Below, in pieces: positions 1 through 12,100 of a DNA stretch of 64,000 nt. Position 1 is the first letter of the stretch. Each line of letters begins with the position of its first letter. Position numbers and translations under genes: made by a program. The stretch lies in assembly GCA_040005235.1 (NCBI GenBank), contig JBDTZG010000014.1, forward strand, positions 32,001 through 96,000, written 5' to 3'. Source of the DNA: Acidobacteriota bacterium (GTDB lineage Bacteria; Acidobacteriota; Thermoanaerobaculia; Multivoradales; UBA5704). Below the pieces are notes generated by a model, which worked only from the letters and a program-made list of their open reading frames with translations, made no database searches and was not told the DNA's origin.

Positions 1-109
1 CTACGCACACCAGCAGGGCAAGAGCCTTCCTCTGGACCATCAGTTCAACGGTGAGAAGCTGGTCGCCCAGGTGCGCAAGCTCCTGCCCGCCCAGCAGGCT
101 CCAAAGTAG
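1..109 (+). CDS. 3' end of an upstream gene (partial, unknown product)
   Basis: Open frame from position 2 reads YAHQQGKSLPLDHQFNGEKLVAQVRKLLPAQQAPK* (TAG 107-109) with GC-rich third positions, ending 41 nt before ORF1. No recognisable motif. Confidence 0.6.
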   Translation, partial: YAHQQGKSLPLDHQFNGEKLVAQVRKLLPAQQAPK

Positions 110-150
110 GGGACCGGTTAAACCCTGGGGAAACTCGAACCGTAACGACG

Positions 151-3100
151 ATGGTTGCATCTCACACAAATCTGGTCTCCCGGCTCTCGGCTGATCAGTT
201 ACGACGGATCGCTCGGCAACTCCGTGAAAAGGGGGGGGCCGTAGGGACGGATAGCCTTGCCCGGTTGCCCCGCGACCAGGGTGGTTTTCCACTCTCTTTT
301 GCCCAGGAACGACTGTGGTTCCTGGACCAACTTGAGCCTGGATCGATCAGCTATAACGTCGGTGTGAAGGTGCGTTTTCGCGGCCGGCTGGACATCGCGG
401 CTTTGCGAGAGAGCCTGTCGCGGATCGCGGGTCGGCACGAGGCGCTGCGGACCTGCTTCCGATCCGTGGACGGTAAATCCCAGCAGGAGATCCGGCCGGT
501 GGAGCCGGTGGCGGTGCCACTGGTGGATCTCGCGGGCTTCTCGGCTGCGAGGAGCGGGGCCGAGGCCGAGGCTCTTTCGCTCGGCGGCGCCCGGACGCCG
601 TTCGACCTGACTCGTGGACCGCTCCTCAGAGCGACGCTGCTGCGGGTGGCCGAGCAGGAGCATCTGCTCGTCCTGGTTCTTCATCACATCGTCTGCGACG
701 GTTGGTCGGCGGGTATTCTGGTCCGTGAGTTTGCTCTGCTCTACGCGGGTCGGGTGGAGGGGCGAGAGGCCGCACTCGCGGAGCTGTCGGTGCAGTATGC
801 CGATTTCGCGGTTTGGCAGCGCCTGCAGGTTACTCAAGGCGCTTGGGCGGAGCAGCTCGCCTATTGGCAAGGTCAGCTCAATGGGCTGCCTCCCCTCATC
901 TTGCGCACCGACCTTCAACGTCCGTCCATCTCGGACGGGAACGGAGAGCGCCATGTCCTCGAATTCAAGCCGGGCACCGCGGAGGCTGTGAGCGAGCTCG
1001 GACGGCGCGCTCAAGCCACGCCGTTCATGGTGCTGTGGTCGGTCTTTTCCGTACTCCTCGCTCGATTGGCCGGACAGGACGATTTTGGTGTCGCGACGCC
1101 GGTGGTCGGGCGCAGCCGGCCGGAGCTTCAGAGCCTCATCGGTTTCTTCGCCGACACCTTGGTCCTGCGCACCTCTCTGAGCGGCAACCCGACCTTCGGC
1201 GAGCTGCTGAATTTGAACCGGGAGATCGTTGCCGCGGCCTTCGCCAACCAGAGCATGCCGTTCGCCCTACTGGTCAAGGAGCTCGCGCCCGACCGCGTGC
1301 TCGGCACCACCCCCCTGGCGCAGGTGATGTTCAGCTTGGAGGATCGACTCTCGATTTCTTCCTTCGCAGGGCTCTCAGTGAGCTTGGAGGAGATCGACAA
1401 TCGGACGGCGAAATTCGATCTGATGCTGACTTTGCGCTTCGGTGCAAACGGGCTCTCGGGCCACCTGGAATATCCCACCGACCTTTTCGAACCGGTGACG
1501 GTGGCACGAATCGCGGCGCAGCTCGCTCTGCTTCTTGAAACCGCGACCACAGTTCCATCGGTGCCGGTTTTCGATTTGCCTCTGCTCGGCGCGGGCGAGC
1601 GCCACCAGGTCGTGACCGAGTGGAATGACAATTCGCGGAGCGCGGAAGCGAGAACGGTTCCGGATCTCCTGGCGGCGCAAGCGGCCCGGGCGCCCGATTC
1701 GACGGCGGTGATCCACGGCTTGGAGCGATTCTCCTACGGGGAGCTGCGCGCTCGGGCTCATCGGCTGGCGGGCCTGCTCAGGCAACGAGGCGTCGGGCCC
1801 GAGGTACGGGTGGGCGTATGCCTGGAGCGGTCTTTCGAGCTGGTGATCGCCCTGGTTGCGGTGCTGGAGGCGGGCGGGGCGTACGTCCCTCTCGATCCTA
1901 CCTATCCCAGAGAGCGCCTCTCCTACATTCTCGCCGACAGCGGCGCCGCCCTCGTGGTGACGAGCGAAGAGAGCGTCGCGTGCCTGCCGACGGACGGCGC
2001 CGTGGCGGTCTGCCTGATTCGAGCCGCGGGAGATTGGAGGACGGCTGAAGAGCCGATGGAGATATCGGGCTACACCCCACGGGCTCTGCCGGAGTCCCTG
2101 GCCTACTTGATCTATACCTCAGGCTCGACGGGGCGGCCCAAGGGAGTGGGGATCGAGCACCGCCACGCAGCGACCTTCCTCACCTGGGCGCGGCGGGCCT
2201 TTCTCAGCTCGGAGATCGCCGGCGTTCTTGCTTCGACCTCCGTCTGCTTCGACCTTTCGGTCTTCGAGCTGTTCGTGCCGTTGGCCTGGGGCGGAAGCGT
2301 AATCCTCGCGGACAACGTGCTGAATCTGCTGGCGCTCCCGGCTTCGACTGAGATCACCTTGGTGAGCTCCGTGCCCTCGGCGGTCGCGGAGTTGGTCGCC
2401 AGCGGCCTGCCGCCCGGAGTGCGCACGGTGAATCTGGCGGGAGAAGCGCTGCCACGGAGTCTGGTCGATCAGCTCTTCGCGCAGCCCGGCGTACGCCGCG
2501 TGCTCAACCTCTATGGTCCGTCCGAGGACACGACCTATTCGACGATGGCCGTAATGCGACGGGAGGACGGCCGGATACCGGCCATCGGCCGCCCCATTGC
2601 TGAGACGCGGGCCTATGTATTGGATGCCTTGCTTCGGCCGTTGCCTCTTGGGATTCCCGGCGAGCTGGCGCTGTCGAGTCGGAGCCTCGCTCGAGGATAC
2701 CTGGGCCGTCCCGAACTGACGGCGGAGAAATTCGTGCCGGATTCGCTGTCCGGGATTCCTGGCGAGAGAATGTACCGAACCGGCGACCTGGTGCGTTGGC
2801 GCGCCGACGGCGAGTTGGAGTTCTTCGGCCGCGCCGACCATCAGGTCAAGATTCGCGGTTTCCGTATCGAGATGGGGGAGATCGAAGCGGCACTTCTCGA
2901 GGTCCCCGGTATCGACGAAGCGGTGGTCGAGGTGTTCGAGGCCGCGGGGGGAGACCGTCGGCTGGCCGGCTTCTATGTGATGCGCCAGGTCGGGTCGGAA
3001 GTCGACGACCTCCCCGAACGGTTACAAGCGCGGTTGCCCGCTTACATGGTGCCGGCGTCCCTCCTACAGATTGCGGCGCTCCCCCGCACGGCGAACGGCA

Positions 3101-6100
3101 AGGTGGATCGCCGCGCGCTGCCGAAGCCGCAGTGGGGCTCCGTCAACGTCGGTGCCGCCGCGCCCCGCTCGGTCGTCGAGCAGATGTTGGCGGACATCTG
3201 GTGTGAAGCTCTGGGCGTGGACCGGGTTGGGCGAGAGGATCGCTTCTTCGATCTGGGTGGGCATTCCCTGCTGGCCACCCGAGTGGTTTCACGAGTGCGT
3301 AGCGTCCTCGGCATCGACATCCCTGTGCGGGCGATCTTCGAGGCGAGGGATCTCTCTGCGCTCGCGGCGCGCATTGAAGCGACGGTGGCTCTGGCCGGCG
3401 GCGACTCACCGGAGCCTCCGGTCCCACCCTTGGCCTCGCTGCCTCGTCCGGAAATGGTTCCATTGTCCTTTGCGCAGCAGCGGCTATGGCTCATCGACCA
3501 ACTCAGGCCCGGTGGCGCAACCTACAATGTGCCGTACGCTTTGCGGGCGGTCGGTCGCCTGGACATCGCCGCGTTGACTCGGGCTTTTTCCGAGATCGCG
3601 CGCCGGCACGAGGGGCTGCGCACCCGCTTCGCCGCCACCGAAAACGGCGAGCCCGCACAGTGGATCTCACCGCCCCTGCCCGTGCCGCTGCCGCTGGTGG
3701 ATCTGAGCTTCTTGAAAGATGCGGGAGCCTGCGCGGAAACGGTGGCAACGGCCGAGGCACGCCGCCCCTTCGATCTCGTTCGTGGGCCGCTCCTGCGTCT
3801 CTGTTTGTTGCGCTTGGCCAAGGAGGAGCATTTGTTGCTCCTCAATTTTCACCACATCGTGATGGATGGCTGGTCACTGGGCGTGCTGATCGGCGAGCTC
3901 GCTGCACTCTATGAAGCCTTCGTCCAAGGTCGTCCGTCGCCGCTGCCCGACCTGACGATCCAGTACGCCGATTTTTCCCTTTGGCAGCGCCAATGGCTGG
4001 CGGGTGGAGCCCTCGAACGGCAGCTTTTTTTCTGGCGCTCCCGTTTGGTAGGTTCGCGGACGCTCGATCTGCAGACGGATCGGCCGCGGACCGGAGCGAC
4101 CGGATTGCGCGGTGGAGCGCAGTCGGTCGCTCTGCCTTCCGACCTCGTGCAGGCCGTTCAAACCCAGGGCCGCTCGCTCGGAGCGACGCCGTTCGTCGTG
4201 TTGTTGACCGCCTTCGCGGCGCTCCTCTCGCGCCTTTCCGGGCACGAGGATCTGTGCGTCGCCGTTCCGGTGGCGGGACGCCGCCGGATCGAGACCGAGC
4301 CGCTCATCGGGTACTTCGTCAACACCCTGGTGCTCCGAATGGACTTCTCCGAGGGGCCGATGTTCCTCGATGCCATAGGCCGGATTCGAAGGGTGGTGCT
4401 CGAAGCGGACGCACATCAGGATCTGCCCTTCGAGCGTCTGGTCGAGGAGCTGCAGCCGGAAAGGAGTCTGGAGCAGCCGCCTTTGGCACAGGTGATGTTT
4501 GCTCTACAGCATTTGCCCCCGGCGCCTCCCTCCATGCCGGGTCTGAGGCTCGAGGGACGCGAGGTTGAGACGGGATCCGCCAAATTCGACCTTTCGCTTT
4601 CCTTGCTCACCTCGTCGACGACGATCGAGGGGCGCCTCGGCTACGACGCCGAGTTGTTCCTGCCGGCCACGACGATCCGCTTTCTACGTCAGTATCAGGT
4701 GCTTCTCGTCGCTGCGTTGAGACATCCTGAGCGCCAGGTGGCGGACTTGCCGTTATTGAGCGAGGGCGAGCGCTTACAACTGGTGGTGGACTGGAACGAG
4801 TCCGGCGAAGCACTCTTTGCACCGCCGGAGGCTTTGCCGCTTCAGATCGCAGCCCGTGCCGCATGGACTCCGGACGCGCCGGCGGTGGTGTTCGAGGGGC
4901 GGTCTTTGACCTTTGGGGAATTGAACCTTCGGGCCAACCAGCTCGCGCATTTTCTATTGCGGCGGGGTGCGGGATCGGAGAAGCCGGTCGCCCTTCTCTT
5001 GGAGCGTTCGGAACAAGTCGTGATCGGAATGCTTGGGATATTGAAATCCGGCGCTCCGTATATCCCTCTCGATCCTTCGCTTCCGCCTGAGCGTCTCGGC
5101 GCCATTCTGGTCGATAGCGGAGCACGAGCTCTGGTGAGCACGTCGAGGCTCTCGCACCGCCTGCCGTCCACCGGCCTCGAAGGTATTCAGCGCGTCCAGC
5201 TCGACTCGGACGCCTCCCCGATCGCCGCCGAGAGCACCGGCGAGCCCTCGGTGCGGATCCTTCGGGAGAGCCTTGCCTATGTGATCTTCACTTCCGGTTC
5301 GACCGGGAGGCCAAAGGGAGTGGCTGTGGAGCACCGGCAGCTCGCCGCGTACGTTCGAGGTGTCGAGTTGCGCTTCGGACTTGCGGAATGTGCGAGCTTT
5401 GCTTTGGTCTCGACGTTTGCGGCCGATCTCGGGCATACCGTCGTTTTCCCTGCGCTCGTCGCAGGCGCCTGCCTGTATGTCGTCTCCCAAGAGCGGTCGG
5501 GGGACGCCGACGCTTTCGGCGACTATTTCGAACAGCACTCGATCGACTGTCTCAAGATTGTTCCTTCCCATCTCGCCGCGCTCCTGGCCGGCTCCCGTCC
5601 TCAGCGGGCGCTCCCACGACGCAAGTTGATCCTGGGAGGCGAAGCCTCGACTTGGGCGGAGATCGACCGCATCCACCTTCTCGCTCCCGGCTGCCGGGTC
5701 TACAACCATTACGGCCCAACCGAAACGACCGTGGGTGCCGTGGCTTTTACCGCTTCGGCGGGTCCCCGGGAAGTGGAGCGCGGATTCCTGCGCGTGCCCC
5801 TGGGTCGCCCCTTGCCCGGATCCCGAGTCTTTGTTCTGGATCGGCAACATCAATTGGTGCCGGTTGGGGTCCCGGGAGAGCTTTGGATCGGCGGCGTCGG
5901 CGTGGCCCGCGGCTATGTGGGAAGACCTGATCTCACCGCCGAGCGATTTTTCCCTGACGTTTGGAGCGGTGCTTCGGGGGCGAGGATCTATCGCACCGGC
6001 GACTTGACCCGGCGTCTGCCCGGAGGCGATCTCGAATTCTTAGGTCGTGTCGATCTTCAGGTAAAGATCCGCGGCTTTCGCGTCGAGCCCCAAGAAGTCG

Positions 6101-9100
6101 CCGCTCACCTCGCACGTCACCCGGAGGTGCGCGAGGCCCTGGTGATCGCTCAGAGCGGTGATGCCGGGGCGCAACTGGTGGCCTATTTCGTGAGCATCGA
6201 GGAGTTGGATGCGGATACGTTGCGCGCGTATCTCGCGGCCAGCCTACCGGACTACATGCTCCCCACGGCATTCGTACGAATCGCCGCGATCCCCTTGACG
6301 CCCAATGGAAAGGTGGACCGGACGGCGCTTCCGCCACCCAACCCGGCGGCGCCCGAACCGCAGACCTCCGCGCCGCGAACTCCCACCGAGGAGCTGCTCG
6401 CCGTCCTCTGGGCTCAGGTGTTGAGTCGCGATCGGGTCGGGGTCTTCGAAGATTTCTTTCGCCTGGGCGGTCACTCTCTCCTGGCCACCCGGCTGGTGGC
6501 TCGCGCACGCCAAACCTTCGGGCTCGACTTACCGTTGCGCAGCCTTTTCGAGGCTCCTACCATCGCCGCACTGGCCACGAGGATCGACGAACTTCGGAGG
6601 GTTGGCGGGCCGGCTCCTCCGCCGCCGATCGTTCGTTGGAACGCCGGCGGCGAGGTGCCGCTGTCGTTCGCTCAGGAGCGCCTCTGGTTCCTCGATCAAT
6701 TGGAGCCGGGAAGCCCCGCCTATTCTTTGCCGTATTTTGCCCGGATCCGCGGTTCGGTTTCCCCGGCGATTCTCGCGGGCGTCCTCCGCTTCTTGACTCG
6801 ACGCCATGAGAGCTTGCGCACCCGCTTTCCCGCGATCGCCGGGCGGCCGTTTCAGCAGATCGTGCCGGAGTCGTCTCTCCCTCTGCCGCAAGTGGATCTT
6901 GCCGGACTGCCCTCGGTCGTCCGGGAAGAGAAACTTGAGCACCTGTTGAGGGCGGCGGCGATGCGCCCGTGGAACCTGGCAACCGGTCCGCTCGTTCGCG
7001 CCTCGCTGATACGGCTCGGCGACGGAGACCAGGTTTTCGCCCTGTCTTTGCACCACATTGTTTCGGACGCTTGGTCGCGCGGTGTGCTGACGCGAGAGAT
7101 GGCCACGCTCTACGTTGCGGTGTTGCAGGCCGAGCCACCGTCGCTCGCTTCCCTGCCGCTTCGGTACTCTGATTTCGCCCACTGGCAGCGCAAGTGGCTG
7201 GATGGCGAAAATCTAGATTCCGAGGTCGCTTGGTGGTGCGCCCGACTCGACGGTATTCCGCCGCTTCAACTGCCGTTGGATCGGCCCCGGCACAAGGTGC
7301 GGAGCGGGCAGGGCTGTGTGCAGTCGGCGCCTCTGCCCCGCGGGTTTGAAGGGCGGGTGGAGGAGTTGGCAAAACGGCTGGGAGCCACGCCGTTCATGGT
7401 TCTTCTCTCGATCTACGCCACACAGCTCCATCGCTACACGGGAAGCGACCGGATCGTAGTGGGCGCTCCCATCGCGAACCGAAACCGGACCGAGATCGAG
7501 GGGCTGATCGGTTGCTTCGTCAACACTCTGGCGCTGCCTGTCCGTTTCGGAGTTGCTCTTTCTTTCGAGGGGCTCGTGGCGCAAATGCGGGAGACCTCTC
7601 TCGGCGCTTACGACCATCAGGATCTGCCGTTCGAGAAGCTCGTGGAGGCGATGATCGGAGAGCGAGACCTTCATCGGCCGCCTCTCGCATCGGTGGCCTT
7701 TCTGTATCAAACCGAGCCGATCGCGAGCCTCGATTTTGCCGGCCTCGTTTGGCAACCTCTCGACCTGCACAATGGTTCGGCGAAGTTTGACCTCGCCCTT
7801 GCCTTCACCGGCACGGAAGGCGAGCGCCGCGCGACCCTGGAGTACGACCGAGACCTCTTGGACGCGGCCACTGTCGTTCGAATGATTGGGCATTTCGGGC
7901 GCCTCGCCGACGCCGCGCTGGAGCGCCCGGAGTTGGCGCTCGTTGCGTTGCCGTTGCTGACCGCGGCGGAAGTCGCCGAGCTGACAGCTTGGAACCGCAC
8001 AGGCCGCACGTATCCGTCGGGCCTCTGCCTCCACCAGCTTTTCGAGGCCCAAGCCGGGCGAACGCCCGACGCCGAGGCGCTTATCTGGGGGCACGAGCGG
8101 ACGACCTATCGCGAGCTCGACCGGCGGGCCGATCAGGTGGCCTGGGAGCTTCGACGTTTGGGGGTAGGCCCAGAAGCGCGAGTAGGGGTCCTGCTCGAGC
8201 GGACCTCGAAGTTGGTGGTCGGACTTCTCGGCATCTTGAAGGCGGGAGCTGCCTACGTCCCGCTCGATCCGGCATACCCGACCGAACGTCTGGCGTGGAC
8301 GGCGAACGACGCAGGAATCGTCGCGGCGCTTGTCGATCTCGGTGCCCAGGACGCCGGTTCACCGGCTCGCTCCGAGCGGTTGGCGGCGATTTTCTCACCC
8401 TCCATGCCTCTGCTCGGTCTGCCGCCGGCGTCGGCGGCGAGGAACGGATTTCACTCGGAGGCCAGTACGGCCGGTCCCGGAAATTTGGCCTACTTGATCT
8501 ATACCTCAGGCTCTACCGGGCGCCCGAAAGCCGTGGCGATCGAGCACCGTAGCGCCGTGGTGCTGATGCGTTGGGCACGGGAAGTCTTCACCGCGGAGGA
8601 ATTGTCGGGGGTTTTGGGGGCCACTTCCATCTCGTTCGATCTATCGGTCTTCGAGCTTTTCGCCCCGCTTTCCTGGGGCGGCAAAGTGGTGCTGGCGGAC
8701 AGCGCCCTGTCTCTCCCTCACCTTCCGGCCGCCGCCGAGGTCAAGTTGGTCAACACGGTGCCTTCCGCGATGACCGAATTGCTTCGCCTGGCGGCAGTGC
8801 CCTCCGGAGCTCGGACGGTAAACCTCGCCGGAGAGTCGCTGCCTCGGTCGCTGGCTGACCGCCTCTACGGAACCGGACACGTCGTGAGGGTGCTCAACCT
8901 GTACGGCCCTTCCGAGGACACCACCTATTCCACCTGGTCGTTGGTCGCGGCGGACGACGTGCGGGCGCCGAACGTCGGGCGTCCCGTCCCTGAGACGCAG
9001 GCCTGGGTGTTGGACGCCCACCTCGGACTCCTCCCGAAGGGGGTGCCCGGCGAGCTCTACCTTGGCGGTGGTGGACTCGCCCGGGGTTACTTGGGACGGC

Positions 9101-12100
9101 CGGAGCTGACGGCCGAGCGTTTCGGGCCGGATCCCTTCGCCGCAGTGCCGGGAGCACGCCTTTACCGGACCGGTGATTTCTGCCGGCTGCGCGCCGACGG
9201 GGAGTTGGAATACCTCGGCCGCCTCGATCACCAGGTCAAGGTACGCGGTTTCCGCATCGAGCCCGGGGAGGTCGAAGCGGCGCTCCTCGCCTGCCACGGT
9301 GTACGCGAAGCGGTCGTCAGGGTCGGAGAGAACAGCACTCTGGTCGCCTGGGTCGCCGCCGATTCCCAGGACGCTCCGCTCGCCCCATCGCTGCGTCTAA
9401 TCCTGGGCGAGAAACTACCGCCCCATATGGTTCCCTCGGTCTTCGTCGAGCTCAAAGCGCTGCCGCGGACGCCCAATGGCAAGGTGGACCGGCAGGCCCT
9501 CCCGAATCCGGCGGAGGAGGGAGTGGCGAATGAGTCCGCGGGGCTCCACAGGTCGCCGATCGAAGAGGTTGTCGCGACGCTGTGGGCGGAGGTGCTCGGC
9601 GGTCGGTTGGCCGGGAGGGAGGAGAGCTTTTTCGAGATCGGCGGCCACTCGCTGCTGGCGGCACAGGTGGTGGCGCGAGTCCGCGTGACGTTCGGCGTGG
9701 AGCTCCCAGTACGAGCGCTTTTCGAAAGTCCGACGGTGGCTGGGCTGGCGACGGCGATTGAGCGAGGGCTAAGGGAAGAAAACGGCGTCGAAGTTCCGCC
9801 GATCGTGCGGGGAATGGCGGCGCCGGACCTACCGGCTCCCCTGTCCTTTGCCCAGGAACGTCTCTGGTTTCTCGATCAGCTGGCGCCGGGCGACCCGGCC
9901 TACAACATCACGCAGGCGATCCAAATGGTTGGCAAGCTTTATCCTTCTCTGCTGGAGCGGAGTCTGGCGGAGGTGGTTCGCCGGCACGAGACCCTGCGCA
10001 GCCGATTTTCCTTCCTGGACGGCGAGCCGGTCTCGGTCCTCGTTCCGGATTCGCGGTTCGCGCTTTCGGAGGTGGATCTTTCCCGGCTGCCGTCGACGAT
10101 CCGGCAGGAGGAGGCCGGCGCGTTGGCGCGTCGCGAGGCGCTGCGCGGATTCGACCTCGGCAGCGGACCGCTGGTCCGAGCCATCTTGCTGCGTCTCGAG
10201 GCCGAAGCCTTGCTGGCTCTCTTCGGTTTCCACCACATCGTCGGCGATGGCTGGTCCATGGGATTGATGGTCCGCGAGATCGGGGCGCTCTACGCCGCCT
10301 TTTGCCGCGGAAAAGGATCGCCGTTGACGGCTCTGCCGCTGAGCTATCGGGACTATGCGGCTTGGCAGCGGGAATGGCTGCGCGGGGAGGTGCTGGAGCG
10401 CGAGATCGCCGTTTGGCGAAGCCGCCTGAGCGGCGCTCCCGCGGTACTGGAGCTACCTGCGGATCGCCTTCGTGGCATTGCGGCCGGCTCCCGAGGAGCG
10501 GCGCTCCCGTTCGTATTGGACGCCAAGGTCGGCGCGAGCCTTGCCGGCCTCGGGCGACGGGAAGGAGCGACGCTGTTCATGGCGCTCCTGGCCGGCTTTC
10601 AGACGCTGCTTGCCCGCTACACCGGGGAGACCCGGATTCCGGTAGGCGTACCGGTGGCCGGTCGCCATCAAGTCGAGACCGAAGAGCTGATCGGGCTCTT
10701 CGTCAATACCCTCGTCCACTGCGGCAACCTCGACGAAGCCCCCACGTTCAGCGAGCTCCTCCAACGGGTCCGGAACGAAGCCCTGGAGGCGTGGGCGCAC
10801 CAGCACCTGCCGTTCGAAAAACTTGTCAGCGCGCTCCAGCCCGAGAGGAACCTGGGCAGTACGCCGTTGTTCCAGGTTCTGTTCGCGCTGCAGAACGCCC
10901 CTCTCCCCGAATTGGCGCTTCCCGGCCTGAGCGTGGAGCTCGTCGAAATACCTCGCGAATCCACCAAGTTCGATTTGAGTTTGGTGCTTGCCGAACGGCG
11001 CGGTGAGATCGTGGGTTGGGTGGAATACAGCACCGACCTCTTCGACCGCGTGCGAATCGAACGATTGGCCGGGCATCTGCGCACGCTGTATCAGGCGGTT
11101 GGTTTGGATGCGGGCAGGTCGGTGTCCGATCTTCCCTTGCTCGCTCCGGCGGAACGATCGCAGCTCGTCGACGAGTGGAACAACACCGGCGCGCCGGCCG
11201 GAGCGGACGGTCTACTGCATGCCCTGTTTGAAGATCAGGTTGCGCGGACACCGGAGGCCGTAGCTCTTGTATCCGGGCAGGAACGGCTCACCTATTCCGA
11301 CCTCGACGGACGAGCCGATCGTCTAGCGTCCTGGCTGCGGCGCCACGCCGTCGGCCCCGAGACCCGAGTTGCTGTTCTCCTCGAGCGAACGGTGGAGATG
11401 GTCGCAGCTCTCCTGGCGATCTTGAAAGCCGGCGGCGCTTACGTGCCTCTCGATCCGAGCTATCCGGATGAGCGGTTGGCAATGATGGCGGAGGATTCCG
11501 GGTTTACTGCGGTGGTCACCCAAAGCTCTCTGGTGACGCGGCTCCCGAGGTCGGTCGCCGATCTTCCCGTCGCCCGAATCGATGCCGACCGTGAGGAGAT
11601 CGACCGTGAATCGGGGCGGAATCGCATCTCCACCGTCGTGCCGCGGAATCTGGCTTACGTGATCTTCACCTCCGGCTCTACCGGCCGTCCGAAGGGGGTG
11701 GCCATCGAGCACCGCAGCGCGGTGGCGATGGTGCATTGGGCGCGCGGCGTTTTCTCCGCCGGTGAGCTCGAGGGTGTTCTGGCTTCGACCTCGATTTCTT
11801 TTGACCTTTCGGTGTTCGAAATCTTCGCCACCCTTTCCTGGGGAGGCAAGGTGGTCTTGGCGGGCAACGTCTTGGACCTGCCGCTTCTACCGGCCGCCGC
11901 CGAGGTTCGCCTGATCAATACCGTTCCTTCCGCCATTTCCGAGCTGCTTGCCGGCGGTGGCCTGCCGAAGTCGGTTCGCACGGTCAATCTCGCGGGAGAG
12001 GAGCTGCCTCTGCCTTTGGTCGACCGCCTTTTCGCCGCCGGCGTCGAGCGGGTCTATAACTTGTACGGGCCTTCCGAGGATACGACCTACTCCACCTTCG

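Noticed and set aside
2099-8513. ~28-nt identical stretch (tggcctacttgatctatacctcaggctc) shared by A1 and A3, and other recurring motif-coding sequences
   Set aside because: It encodes the conserved AYLIYTSGS core motif in paralogous domains. The flanks diverge, so it is not a CRISPR, mobile element or recent long duplication.
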